DNA of 63,454 nt, filler included, from Octopus bimaculoides (Eukaryota), in the NCBI RefSeq assembly GCF_001194135.2. It is 5 parts of 4 records of this genome, joined end to end, with 100 filler letters (N's around TTAATTAATTAA, not from the genome) between each part and the next. Parts side by side here need not be neighbours in the genome. Positions count along the whole stretch, not along the records: positions 1 to 28,604 come from NC_068983.1; positions 28,705 to 50,155 come from NC_068991.1; 3 more parts are not named here. One strand, written 5' to 3'. Both the position numbers and the translations under genes were made by a program. Under the pieces are notes generated by a model. The model searched no databases, was not told the DNA's origin, and saw only the letters and a list, made by a program, of their open reading frames with translations. How positions within the stretch are numbered: the stretch's first letter is position 1; each line of letters opens with the position of its first letter. Shown here piece after piece: positions 26,797 through 38,481 of this stretch.

Positions 26797-26976
26797 TACA
26801 TANNNNNNNNNNNNNNNNNNNNNNNNNNNNNNNNNNNNNNNNNNNNNNNNNNNNNNNNNNNNNNNNNNNNNNNNNNNNNNNNNNNNNNNNNNNNNNNNNN
26901 NNNNNNNNNNNNNNNNNNNNNNNNNNNNNNNNNNNNNNNNNNNNNNNNNNNNNNNNNNNNNNNNNNNNNNNNNNNN

Positions 26977-27049
<73 letters not shown>

Positions 27050-27750
27050 TCAACTTAACACCTATCACGTTTGTCCGTATAGTATCACATTGCATGAACA
27101 CTAACTGGTGGGCAGAACACATCAATTTTACATGTCTCATCACTTCATCCTCACCTTATAATGAAAGATGTGCTTTCATACACCATAACCTAGTCCACGT
27201 AAAACACGTCCTGGTGTACATTACGTGAAGCCTTTCCTAACTCCTCCAAGTAGATATGGAAACTCCTGCCTGTTTTTAAACAGGTCTGTCACCTTTTCTC
27301 TTATCCTTTATTAGGTCAAGAAGCCACTCTTTTGGGACATATCTTCTTTCCTTTTTTCTCGAGGTATATGAAGTCAAGTGGCTGCTTTTGTCGTACAACT
27401 TTAGTAAATAATAGGATTTTTCTATTGCTGGTGGCGTTATCGCTGCTGTGCGTACTCGTGTATTTTTGTTTTCATTCAAATTAATGTTTCTGCCACGTCT
27501 CTTGTTTGTATGTCTGATAGTGTGTAACTGTCTAAGCTCAACTTGGTGGAGGAGTATTTATATCATTAATACCATCACATTGGTGAGCCTCTGTTACTAC
27601 TCTTCTCAAGAAGCCATCTTAAAACCCGTGCAACTATTGCAAATTAATATTTATGAAAAAGATGTGTAACAGTTTAATAAGTCTAAAGTCAAATCATTCT
27701 TCCATCCAGGTAATGAGAAATGCTTTCAAATATTCCGAAACCGCTTCGTT

Positions 27751-27797
<47 letters not shown>

Positions 27798-28535
27798 GAG
27801 TAACCTTGGGAGAGAATATTTTATAGAATGGCTTTGTAAAACTTAATCGCTCACGGCGAAAGCGGAAAAATAATTATAGATATCTTGAAATTAAAAAAAA
27901 AAGATAAACAAATTAATTTATGTATGACTTAATACATCGTTTAGGTTTCGTATTTCTTGAGATTGTTCCGCCCCAGATTTTTTAGCAATATCTTTTTTAT
28001 CTCAGTTCCAAACAATATGAAGAAACACCATAGCAGCAGATGTTAACATACCGAATGGAATGTTCCTACAGGAAGAAAGTAAAACAAAGCAAAAAAATAT
28101 CGACTAACGTGTTTGTTTATGGGAAATAAAATTGGAAACATCCAGCATATTTCGTAATATGTTTAAATATTGTTCGGGAGGGTATACTTTACAGATAGCT
28201 CTACACTGAATGAAGAGTTATCTAACATAAAAGGAAATTAAATTTGCTCTGAGAAATTCCTGTTGCATATTTTTTTTCTTTCTTTCTTGTTACACCAATA
28301 CATCATCTTTCGTAGTTTCACTCGTTTCTTAGATGTCTCACAATGTAGTTTGACAGTCTGTGTATGACAACTTGACAAATACTTTAAAAAAAGTATATCT
28401 ACATTTAATTAAAGTTTTCAGCTTCTATAAAGTAAGTCTTTTAAAGATATATATCTATGTATGTGTGCCTTTTTCTCTCTCATTCTCTCTCTTCCTCTTT
28501 CTGCCAATGCTTTTCTTTCTCTCTTTCTCTCTATG

Positions 28536-28604
<69 letters not shown>

Positions 28605-28704
28605 NNNNNNNNNNNNNNNNNNNNNNNNNNNNNNNNNNNNNNNNNNNNTTAATTAATTAANNNNNNNNNNNNNNNNNNNNNNNNNNNNNNNNNNNNNNNN
28701 NNNN
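28605..28704. other. Artificial assembly spacer (44 N + TTAATTAATTAA + 44 N)
   Basis: Identical 100-nt layout repeated four times; the 12-mer places stops in all six frames. Confidence 0.95.
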
Positions 28705-28711
28705 ATAGATA

Positions 28712-28764
<53 letters not shown>

Positions 28765-29179
28765 GTAGTAGTAGTAGTAGTAGTAGTAAAACTAACCTAG
28801 CTATATATGAGGTTGTTTTTACATGAAATGTGAAAGCTAAGAGGAAGATTTCTGACTGTGAGAATGGAGAGCATAGGTCAGGTGCCCTTGTAAAAAAAAA
28901 AAAAGTAGTTAAATATACAGTAGCAGAATAAGATGTGGAATCATGAGCACAAAATGCTTAGTGGCATGTCTTCTAGCTCTTTACGTTCTGAGTTCAAATC
29001 CCGCTGAGGTTAACTTTGCCTTTAATCCCTTTAGAGTCAAGTATCGGTAAAGTACAGGGGGTTGGTAAAACTGACTTAGCTCCGACCTTCTTCAAAATGG
29101 CTGGTCTTGAACCCTGAAATGTATGGGTGTCTCTTTCAGGGGGAATGTTGTGATATTGGTTATTTCACTCTCATTGCTG

Positions 29180-29505
29180 CTGGGTACTCAGTCAGTTGCG
29201 ACGACAAGTGTTCCAGTTGATTCGATCAGTGGAACAGCCTGATCAAGAAATTAATCTGCAAGTGGCTGAGCCCTTTGCAGGCACGCTTACCCTTAATGTA
29301 GTTCTTAGGGAGATTCATCATGACACAGAATGTGACAAATATGGCCCCTTTTGAATTATAGGTACAACTCATCTTTGCCAGCTGAGTGGACTGGAGCAAT
29401 GTCAAAGTGTCTTGCTCAAAGACGCAGTGTGCCACCAGTAATAAAACTCACAACCTTATGATTGTGAGCTTAATACCCTAACCACAAAACCATGTGCCTT
29501 CACTG
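29180..29505 (-). mobile_element. SINE family B, CpG-depleted copy
   Basis: Alignable with 35325-35615 and 9052-9430. Confidence 0.75.
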
Positions 29506-30120
29506 GTCACTTTGATCACTAATACACCATGGAAACTGGTAGCTGGCCTTGAGTCATAGGACTCAAGAAAAATAATAAAAAAAGTAAAATTAGGACCTGT
29601 TGAGGGTTGAACTTGTAGCATAGTTGACTGCCCTGCTATGCTAGAAACTTGAAGAGAAGCCCCAGCATGGCCACAGCTCGTGAGCTGAAACTAGATAAAA
29701 TTAAAAAAAAAAAAAGTTCTAGAAGTAATCTTTTCTATTATAGGCACAAGGCCTGAAGTAGGGGGGAAGGTATTAAGTCGATTAGATCAACCTCAGTGCG
29801 TAGCTGGTACTAATTTTATTGACCCTGGAAGGATGAAAGTCAAAGTCAATCCTAGTGGAATTTGAACTTAGAATGAAATACCGCTAAGCATTTTGCCCAG
29901 CATGCTAACGATTCTGGCAGCTTGCTGCCTTAAGTGCTAAAAGTAATGCAAATAATAGGATTATGAAAAATCCTGAACCATCATAAGATTGGATCCTGAG
30001 AGGAGATCTAAACCTTTAGCATTCAGATTACTCTGTCAAATATAATGTTAATTTATTCACATTGTTTTTAATTAATCAGGCATTATCTCATGGTTTTGAG
30101 ATTTTGGTGATATTCTTTAA

Positions 30121-30294
30121 TTCTTTGCTGGAGTATTGCCTTTAGTCGAAGAAATCGACCCTAGGACTTATTATTTGTAAGCCTGCTATTTATTTTATCG
30201 GTTTCTTTTGCCAAACCACTAAGTGACAGGGACGTAAACACACCAGGATCGGTTGTCAAGTAATGGTGGGGGGACAAACAGACACACAAACATA

Positions 30295-30332
<38 letters not shown>

Positions 30333-30482
30333 GCCTCTTTCAGTTTCTGTCTACCAAATCTCCTGACAAGGCTTTGGTCAGCCCAAGGCTATAGTAGAAG
30401 ACACTTGCCCAAGGTGCCACACAGTGGGACTGAACCTGGAACCATGTGGTTGGTAAGCAAGTTACTTACCACACAGCTACTG
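30121..30482 (-). mobile_element. SINE family A
   Basis: Shared head, central microsatellite and tail. Confidence 0.8.
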
Positions 30483-31243
30483 CAGGGTAAATGTGAACAG
30501 TTGAATCTGACCTATTTGAACATAAAACAGACTATTTGGATCAAATATGGCCAGTTTAAATGCTAAAGGGTTAAAGCAATGGTGCAGTATGGGGTGTGTA
30601 GAATATACAGAATGGTCATGTTATATATGTGTGCTTATCAGTGACGTAGCTAGAGGTGGATTTTCTAAGGGTGGATGCCCTTCCTGTCACCAACCCTAAC
30701 CTGTTTCCAAGCAAGGTGATATTTCCCCATGGCCAGACATGTTTTCTTAGAAGAATGGGAATGAATGACACTGCTGGCATGACACTGACACTTGTTTACA
30801 AATAACACCTGGAGTTTACAACTAACACAAGGAGACAGTGACATACACACACACATATATGCACACACACATATATGCACACACACATATATGCACACAC
30901 ACACACATTCGTGATGTGCTTCTTTCGGCATCCATTTGTTCAATCCAGTCACAAGGCTTTGGTCAGCTTGGGGCTATAGTTGAAGACATAATATGACACT
31001 TGTAAGACATAATAAGATACTTGTCTGAAGTGCTACACAGTGGGACTGAACCCGAAACAATGTGGTTGGGAAGCAAACATCTTACCACACTGCTATGCTG
31101 ATACCTTATTGCTATCAGAACTGGATAAATGTACAGACCATGAAAATCACTGGGACTAAGGCAGGATTAGCAGGCTTTGCTCTAAATACATAAGGGATCA
31201 TATTATGCGAAAATATGATGTAGCAGTTAAGATAAGGCAAGTT

Positions 31244-31690
31244 TTAATCATTACTATTAGTAACTAAGTCCTGAATATTACTTTTACTTCTGCCTACATT
31301 GTCATCTTTCTGAATGTTACCTTCAGTTAAGCCTCCGTCATCATCTTCCTGAATGTCGCTTTTACTTCTGCCTCCGCCATCATCTTCCTGAATGTCACTT
31401 TCACTTCTGCCTCCGCCATCATCTTCCTGAATGTTACTTTCACTTCTGCCTCCGCCATCATCTTCCTGAATGTTACTTTCACTTCTGCCTCCGCCATCAT
31501 CTTCCTGAATGTTACTTTCACTTCTGCCTCCGCCATCATCTTCCTGAATGTTACTTTCACTTCTGCCTCCGCCATCATCTTGCTGAATGTTACTTTCACT
31601 TTGGCCTGCATTCTCACCTTCCTGAATATTGCTACTGCCTACTTTTGTGTCCTCTTCTTGCTCAACATTACTTGAATTGGGATCAGCCAT
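31244..31690 (-). CDS. Probable first coding exon of an unidentified gene; acidic, with 13-aa tandem repeats (SESNIQEDDGGGR)
   Basis: Polypyrimidine tract and AG acceptor at 31703-31702, ATG 11 nt into the exon; degenerate flanking units keep frame and the NIQ/DIQ motif; possible donor at 31254. Confidence 0.55.
   Translation of the reverse strand: MADPNSSNVEQEEDTKVGSSNIQEGENAGQSESNIQQDDGGGRSESNIQEDDGGGRSESNIQEDDGGGRSESNIQEDDGGGRSESNIQEDDGGGRSESDIQEDDGGGRSKSDIQEDDDGGLTEGNIQKDDNVGRSKSNIQDLVTNSND
31350..31583. repeat. 39-bp coding minisatellite, six near-perfect units plus degenerate flanks
   Basis: Unit TGAATGTTACTTTCACTTCTGCCTCCGCCATCATCTTCC. Confidence 0.9.
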
Positions 31691-32124
31691 TGTGATATTA
31701 TCTAGAGAGAAATGATAAAATGAAATAGATTTTGTAAGTATTTGTGCTGTCCAATTTCAATGATAACACATTTCAAACATTTATAAGGAAAACGAAAAAG
31801 AGTCAATGAAATAACTTTTAAACATCTCGTATGAGAGATAGGGCGAAATTATAAAAATGAAATTGTTTAGGTGAAAAACGAAACAATTAGATGCTTTACG
31901 AATCTGGACAAGCGCCTCAGTGTTGATTTCCATCCTACGTAACCTTAAAAGACAGAGGAGGAAGGGTGAAAGAGTGAAGTAAAAAAAACAAAACTATTTT
32001 GATTTTAAAAACAATGAAAAGATAGGAAGAAGATGTGGCTATTTCTAAACTCAGAATGTACCTCTCTGAGACCTTACGCTTATAGTGTGCATGGTGGATT
32101 AACAGAGAATCTTGCTTCTCATAG

Positions 32125-32460
32125 TGACGGAAGGCCCCCTCATCTGGGATGCCAGATTTCATATGCTGTGGCACCTTCCAGCGGCAGCTTGGTGTTGTTA
32201 GCTACCAACCCAGGCTCCGCTGCTCGTCAGGCTGAGAAAAACAGTGAAACTTTCCGAGAGGTTTATGGTCGAACCTGTAGCAATGCAGACCTCCAGCACT
32301 CTTGGCCCCAGGGACCATATCCCTGCTTACCGATATCGGGGCAGAGATTGCTGTCTGCAAGTGCGAGCCCTGTGGAGTCAGAGTGGCTATTCCAGCGCAT
32401 CTCCCTGGCTATTCTCCGGGACAACACCTTTTCCATTTTGTCTGCTGGTGCCATGAAAAA
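32125..32460 (+). mobile_element. CRE-clade non-LTR retrotransposon 3' fragment (RLE domain), frameshifted
   Basis: Pieces PLIWDA, PGSAARQAE, ERFMVEPVAMQTSSTLGP and WLFQRISLAILRDNTFSIL in collinear order. Confidence 0.65.
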
Positions 32461-32921
32461 TGTTTTTTTTATATTACGGGAGGCAAGATTCTCCGTTAAT
32501 CCATCACGTATACTATAAGCTTTAGAATGTTTCACAGAGACAAGTTCCCCATACAAAAACAGATACATATTCTTCTTCCTATCTTCTCATTCTTTTTTTA
32601 GTTAAATCTATTTTTCACTTCACTCTTCCACCTTAAAAATGATTTTAAATAAAGTTTGTAATTATTTTAGGTAGATGTGTACTTGCCGGAATGTGTATTA
32701 GCGATGGATAATCTAGGTGAATGTTGTTGAATAGCTTAACGTGATATAAACACACCAAAAGGTAAGTCAATAATCAATACAAAAAATAAGTCGATGCACT
32801 TGGGAAATGGATGAATACCAAAACTCATTGTTTTTATAAGTGTCACGAACAAGGAAAGACGAAATTATTCTTTTCATTACCTTGAAAGTGGACAGATTCA
32901 ATTTAACGTTCGGTCAGACAA

Positions 32922-32943
32922 GCGGAAGTGTAGCCATGACAAC
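32922..32943. promoter_or_regulatory. Adjacent ETS-type site and RFX X-box at the predicted promoter of the unidentified minus-strand gene
   Basis: GCGGAAGT (32922-32929) + GTAGCCATGACAAC (32930-32943, fits RTHNYYWTRRNRAC); donor AAG|GTAATG at 32881/32880; locally CpG-retaining. Confidence 0.5.
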
Positions 32944-33739
32944 CTCACGCACTACCTACATGACAATCGTCAGTCCCAACACAATCACAACCACAATCTT
33001 ACTACCACCACCATCGCCCTCCTGCTGCGAGTACCACAACTATTATCACAGTTTCTACTTTATCATTGTCATCACTACTTTTCCACACTGACATGAATTG
33101 GATGGGTCTTCTCCAGCTGGGCGTTTCGTTCTGTATTGCTTCTCATACATTCTTCCTTATTTCTTCTTCATACATTCTCTGCATTTAATGTCTATGTGTC
33201 ACTTCTGTTTAACATTGCACTGAATATACAAGTATCGTACAATCTACCTTCCACTGGGAGAGGTAATCCTTTATTGGTGGTGGAGGTAATAGGTTCCTGA
33301 AATCAGCCGCCTCCTGTGCTTATGTTTGCGGAGCGAAGTTCTGGTTTAAGCACCTCTCATAACGTCTTTTATTTTTTTGAATTTTCAGAAAACTTTTGCG
33401 AATTTGTGCTTTACATACGGGATTATTAAAAATAAATGTGTATGATTTAAGAGTGATTTAGCTATTGTATTTAGCACATCCCACGACCACATGATACCTC
33501 GTTGTCACTCTGACATGTATTGATGTTTTTCAATATTTTTCTCCTCATACACACATTTAATGATGCACCCAAGGGTGGTTTGTTGCTGGGATTTTAGCAA
33601 AAAATTAGGACTGTCCGTATTAGAAAATTCTTTTTATCTTTTTATAATTATATGGATTTCGTGTGTAGAACACAAATTCACGAAAATTTTCTGAAAAATA
33701 CAAAGTTGAAGGTGTTTAAACCAGAATTCCATTTATGGA

Positions 33740-34230
33740 ATCTCTACCTCCATAGTAAATCAGGTCATCTAAGTAACAGTGAACTGCTCTTGTACCTCTT
33801 CTACACACAATGTTATCCTTTTCTATGAGCCTGTTTGTGACCCTACAATACCTTTTTTGCCCCTGAGTACACCATATGGAAATCCTCCCTAGTTATTCTC
33901 TGCATTCTGAGAATGGTTGTTTCTCAAATGTCAGTATAATCCTGTTTGAAGCTTCTTGATTCTATGTTATGCTTCTACATTTGGAATTTCTTTTCTTGTA
34001 ATTCTTTGACAGATTCAGCAATATGGAATTGGTCACTGGCATACAGGACTTCTAACAGACAGCTGATCTTAAATTCCTCTATTGTGGCCTGTAAAACTAT
34101 AATAAACAAAAATGGGGCTGAGAACTGAAACATGATGGACCCCTACCTGCTTGCTAAATTCTTTGCTGAACTCATTGCTAAATATCACTTTGCATAGAGC
34201 ATCATCTCTGTATATGGCTTGTTTGGCTTT
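33740..34230 (-). mobile_element. RTE-clade LINE RT fragment, degenerate
   Basis: SVLSP(fs)LFIIVLQATIEEFKISCLLEVLYASD..IAESVKEL resembles the RTE QGSVLSP..LLYADD region. Confidence 0.65.
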
Positions 34231-34239
34231 TACAAGTCA

Positions 34240-34626
34240 TTTACTCTTTTACTTGTTTCAGTCATTTGACTACCGCCATGCTGGAGCACTGCCTTTAGTC
34301 GAATAAATCAACCCCAGGACTTATTCTTTGTAAGCCTAGTACTTATTCTATAGGTCTCTTTTGCCGAACCGCTAAGTTACGGGGACGTAAACACACCAGC
34401 ATCGGTTGTCAAGCGATGTTGGGGGGACAAACACATATATATATATATACATATACATATATACGACAGGCTTCATTCAGTTTCCGCCTACCAAATCCAC
34501 TCACATGGCTTTGGTTGGCCCGAGGCTATAGTAGAAGACACTTGCCCAAGGTGCCACACAGTGGGACCGAACCTGGAACCATATGGTTGGTAAGCAAGCT
34601 ACTTACCACACAGCCACTCCTGCACC
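34240..34626 (-). mobile_element. SINE family A, well-preserved copy
   Basis: Full head-to-tail match to the other family A copies. Confidence 0.85.
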
Positions 34627-35114
34627 TGTCAGCATTGTTTTCTTAATGGTTACCAGATTACAGAGCATGATAACCTATCAAAGGCCTTCATGTCAACAAA
34701 TGCTAAATATAATGGTTTATTCTTTTCTTTTTTTTTATTTATTTTTAAAGACAGTATAGTATTAAAGATTTGACTGCTATTTCCAGGAGATAATGTGTCC
34801 ATATTCTTTCCAGTCATTAAAATTCCCAAATTATTTGGAAGTGAAGCTAGAATTAATTTTCAGCTTTTTACTTCTTATTCAAGTGACTGCAAAGAAATAA
34901 CACAATTGAGATGACAACAGGATAAATGATGAAATAAGACACAGATGCTGGAACTGGATCGGACACGTTCTCAGACAAGATTGCAAAAGTGACTTGGTGG
35001 CACTGAAGGGAAAAGAGCAGCAGGGCACCCTAAAAATCACATGGTGAAGAAACTATTACTACTACTACTACTACTGATGATAATAATAATAATAATAGTA
35101 ATAATAACAACAAT

Positions 35115-35615
35115 CCTTTCTTCTGAAGGCAAAAAGCCTGAAATTTTGGGGGAGGGGACTAGTCGATTACATTGATCCCAGTGTTTCACTGGTACTTCAT
35201 TTATTGATCCCCCAAAAGGATGAAAGGCAAAGTCGACCTCAGAACGTGGTGACAGGTGAAATACCTATAAGCATTTCGTCTAGGGTGCTAATGATTCTGC
35301 TAGCTCACCACCTTCACTTACGATGACGAGGGTCCCAGCTGATACGATCAATGGAACAGCTTGCTTGTGAAATTAACGTGCAAGTGGCTGAGCATTCCAC
35401 AGACACGTATACCCCTAACGTAGTTCTCAGGGAGATTCAGCGTGACAAGGCTGGCCCTTTGAAATATAGGTACAACTCATTTTTGCCAGCTGAGTGAACT
35501 GGAGCAACGTGAAATAAAGTGTCTTGCTCAAGGACACAGCGCGTCGCTGGGAATTGAACTCACGACCTTACAATTGCGAGCCGAATGCCCTAACCACTAA
35601 GCCACGCGCCTTCAC
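35115..35615 (-). mobile_element. SINE family C (about 35115-35310) with SINE family B (about 35325-35615) at its head
   Basis: Family C motif GCCTTTCATCCTTT..GATCAATAAATGAAGTACC and the family B body are both present. Confidence 0.7.
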
Positions 35616-36139
35616 AGCTCACCACTTTAATAATAATAATAATAATCATCTATTTGTGATGGATGCATGAAGGTAATTTGAATCTAGGTATGTATTTTGC
35701 TGTGAAGTCATAATGGGGACAATGATGATTTTAATTATGCCTGGGATTGGACAAATGTGTCTGTTAATTGCAGGATTATAATTCTTGCATTGTTCTCTTC
35801 AACTCAAATTGTTTAGATGCATCATGACACATTTTATACCACTTAGCTTGATCAAGGCAATAAGTTCCCCAAGATGTTAAGCTAAGCTGTAGGGATTTTA
35901 GTGTTTCAACTTACCCTTATATTTAAGGATGTGCCTTCTTTAATCCTTCCTAATAAAGGCACAACACTTGAAATTTTGACAGCAGAGGGGAGTTACATTA
36001 ACCCAGTACCCAATTGGTACTTATTTCGACTTGCAAAATCGACCTTGGTGGGAATTGAGCTAAGAATGTCATGAGTCAAAAAATGCTGCCAGGCATTTTG
36101 TTGAATGTGCTAACAATTCTGTCAACTCACTTCCTATAT

Positions 36140-36510
36140 TCTTTTATTTGTTTCAGTCATTTGGCTGTGGCCATGCAGGAGTACTGCCTTTAATTGAGCA
36201 AATCGACCCCAGGCCTTATTCTTTGTAAACCTAGTACTTATTCTATCGGCCTCTTTTGCTGAACTGCTAACTTATGGGGCCATAAACACACCAGCATCAG
36301 TTGTCAAGTGATGATGGGGGGACAAACACAGACACACAAACATATACATATGACTGACTTCTTTCAATTTCCGTCAACCAAATCCATTCACAAGGCTTTG
36401 GTCAGCCTGAGGCTATAGCAGAAGACACTTGCCCAAGGTGTCACGCAGTGGGACTGAACCCAGAACCATGTGGTTGGTAAGCAAGCTACTTACTAGCACA
36501 GCCACTCCTG
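36140..36510 (-). mobile_element. SINE family A, CpG-depleted copy
   Basis: Shared family A sequence with TG/CA at consensus CpG sites. Confidence 0.8.
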
Positions 36511-36610
36511 GCTTTTGATAATAAAATAACAAGAATGATGATGATGATGATGATACAAACTTCAAAATATCAAGTGACACAAAGATACTGTTTGAACAAT
36601 TTATTTAAAA

Positions 36611-36706
36611 CTATACACTCTCTTTTTTGTCCCAATCTTTCATCTTGGTGCTATCGAGTATGAAGTCATTTTTCAGAAAATTCCAAATCTTTTTCTCAGG
36701 TTCAGG
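36611..36706 (-). CDS. RRP15: RRP15 coding exon 5 (last)
   Basis: TTTCAG acceptor; PEPEKKIWNFLKNDFILDSTKMKDWDKKESV* matches the RRP15 W..L.DDF....MKDWD motif; AATAAA at 36605-36600. Confidence 0.9.
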   Translation of the reverse strand, partial: PEPEKKIWNFLKNDFILDSTKMKDWDKKESV

Positions 36707-37918
36707 CTGAAATAGATAAATATGGTGAATATTTATTGTGCAAGTAAATTAACTCAAGGTGAACACAACCAACACAACAACAACAACACAGGTGGACAGA
36801 ATCAATGCAATACAATACATGGACAGTCCAGCCAGCAAACTAGTTGAATGGTCAGAAGAGGTGAACATAGTTAACACAATAACACAGGCAAACAGAGTCA
36901 ACATAACTGAAACAGTCAACACAACAAAACAGGTGAACTGTCAACACAATAACTGTGTTGAACATAAAAAAAATCATACAGGTGAACACATAGAATAAAA
37001 CAAGTGAACCACTTAACAGAAGTGAACATAACACAATGATACAAGTAGTCACACACCTGTACTGTCTTAACCCATCAGCATTCAGATTACTCTGTCAAAT
37101 GTAATGCTTATTTATTCATATTGTTATGAATTAATTGTGAATTATCTTGTAGCTTCAAGATTCTGATGAATGATGTGGTAATTTATATTTAGAATGATAT
37201 TGTAGGGTAGGTATAAGGGGCTAGATTTGGCCAGTTTGAGCATAAAGCAGGTAAAATATTTTAGTTGGTTAAGGTCAGTTTAAATGCCAAAGTGCTAAGG
37301 CACGAGCATACAGAGCAGTTAAATGGGAGTCTCATGGGTTCAGGGGACCAATTCTGATCTATGTATGCTGTGACTTGCTGTCAATGAATAACTACTATAG
37401 GGCTCAATGTATTGATTTGCCTGTAGGCCTCATGGGTCTAAAGACCCAATTCTCATTTATGGAAAGTTGTGGTTTGTGTAAAATAGTTTGATTCAGCTCC
37501 AAGCAACATAAAGTTCCATAGGCTCATCACAGGAGCTTAGCTTGTGCTCAGGTGAGTCTACAAAACTTTATGTTGTGTAGGGCCAAATCAATCTATTCAA
37601 AACACACACACACACACATATATGCATACATACACACAAACAGATAACATGACTAATGGATGACATAAGTGGGGGACAAGACAATACTCATGAACATAAG
37701 ACTAAGGGATGATAACATGACTAGGCAACAGGACATAATTAATGGGTAACACAGGGGAGAAGAGAAATGACCAATGGATAACATGACTTGAAAAGACATG
37801 AAATAACATGACTAGAGGAGGAGGTGGGATAACTAACTAACAGATAATATGACTAGGTAAGCAGTGGAATGAGTAGGAGGAAGTAGTCAATTAAGAGCCG
37901 AGTTACTGAATTACTTAC

Positions 37919-38108
37919 TTTAATAGTGTCTTCTGGTTGAGATGACAAATTAACTTTGGGCATGTTTTGAAGTAGGTGAAAGAATGACATCTGCTCTGTG
38001 TTCTCAGAGATTTTCTGTTTTTTCCACTCAGTTGTGTTTATAGTATTCTCATTCTCCTCGTTCAGTTTCTGTTGTTTCTGTACAGCATTGAATAGCTGGA
38101 CAATACCT
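37919..38108 (-). CDS. RRP15: RRP15 coding exon 4
   Basis: (Q)GIVQLFNAVQKQQK is the hallmark RRP15 motif; TTTTCAG acceptor, GTAAGT donor, phases 2 and 0 consistent. Confidence 0.92.
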
Positions 38109-38114
38109 CTGAAA

Positions 38115-38158
<44 letters not shown>

Positions 38159-38481
38159 AAGTGACAAAATGATGGATAACAGAACTAATACAACAATAGT
38201 AACAAACGTTTTAAGACCATTTTCCATGCTAAAGCAGAAGTTAGCATTGAGAAATTTATGAGTCTTCTTTCTCCATTTCGTCTTATCCTCTAGATCCCTC
38301 TACCCCAAAACTCCTTTCATCATCTTTAACCACATCCTTTTGGTTTTCCCCTTCCTCTACATCAGTGGTTCTCAAGTGGGGTCCATATGATCCTCAGGGG
38401 TCCATATAAGATTTTATTGTTAAAATTTATGTGCAAGAAATTGGTTATACTTCGACAACATATAAAATATTTTCACAGTAT

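Noticed and set aside
27276-27479. 67-aa basic ORF on the minus strand
   Set aside because: No family motif or splice context; likely a remnant of unassigned origin.
32302-32350. SLLTDIGAEIAV as a retroviral aspartic-protease active site
   Set aside because: It lies collinearly within a frameshifted CRE-type endonuclease region and lacks the D-T/S-G triad.
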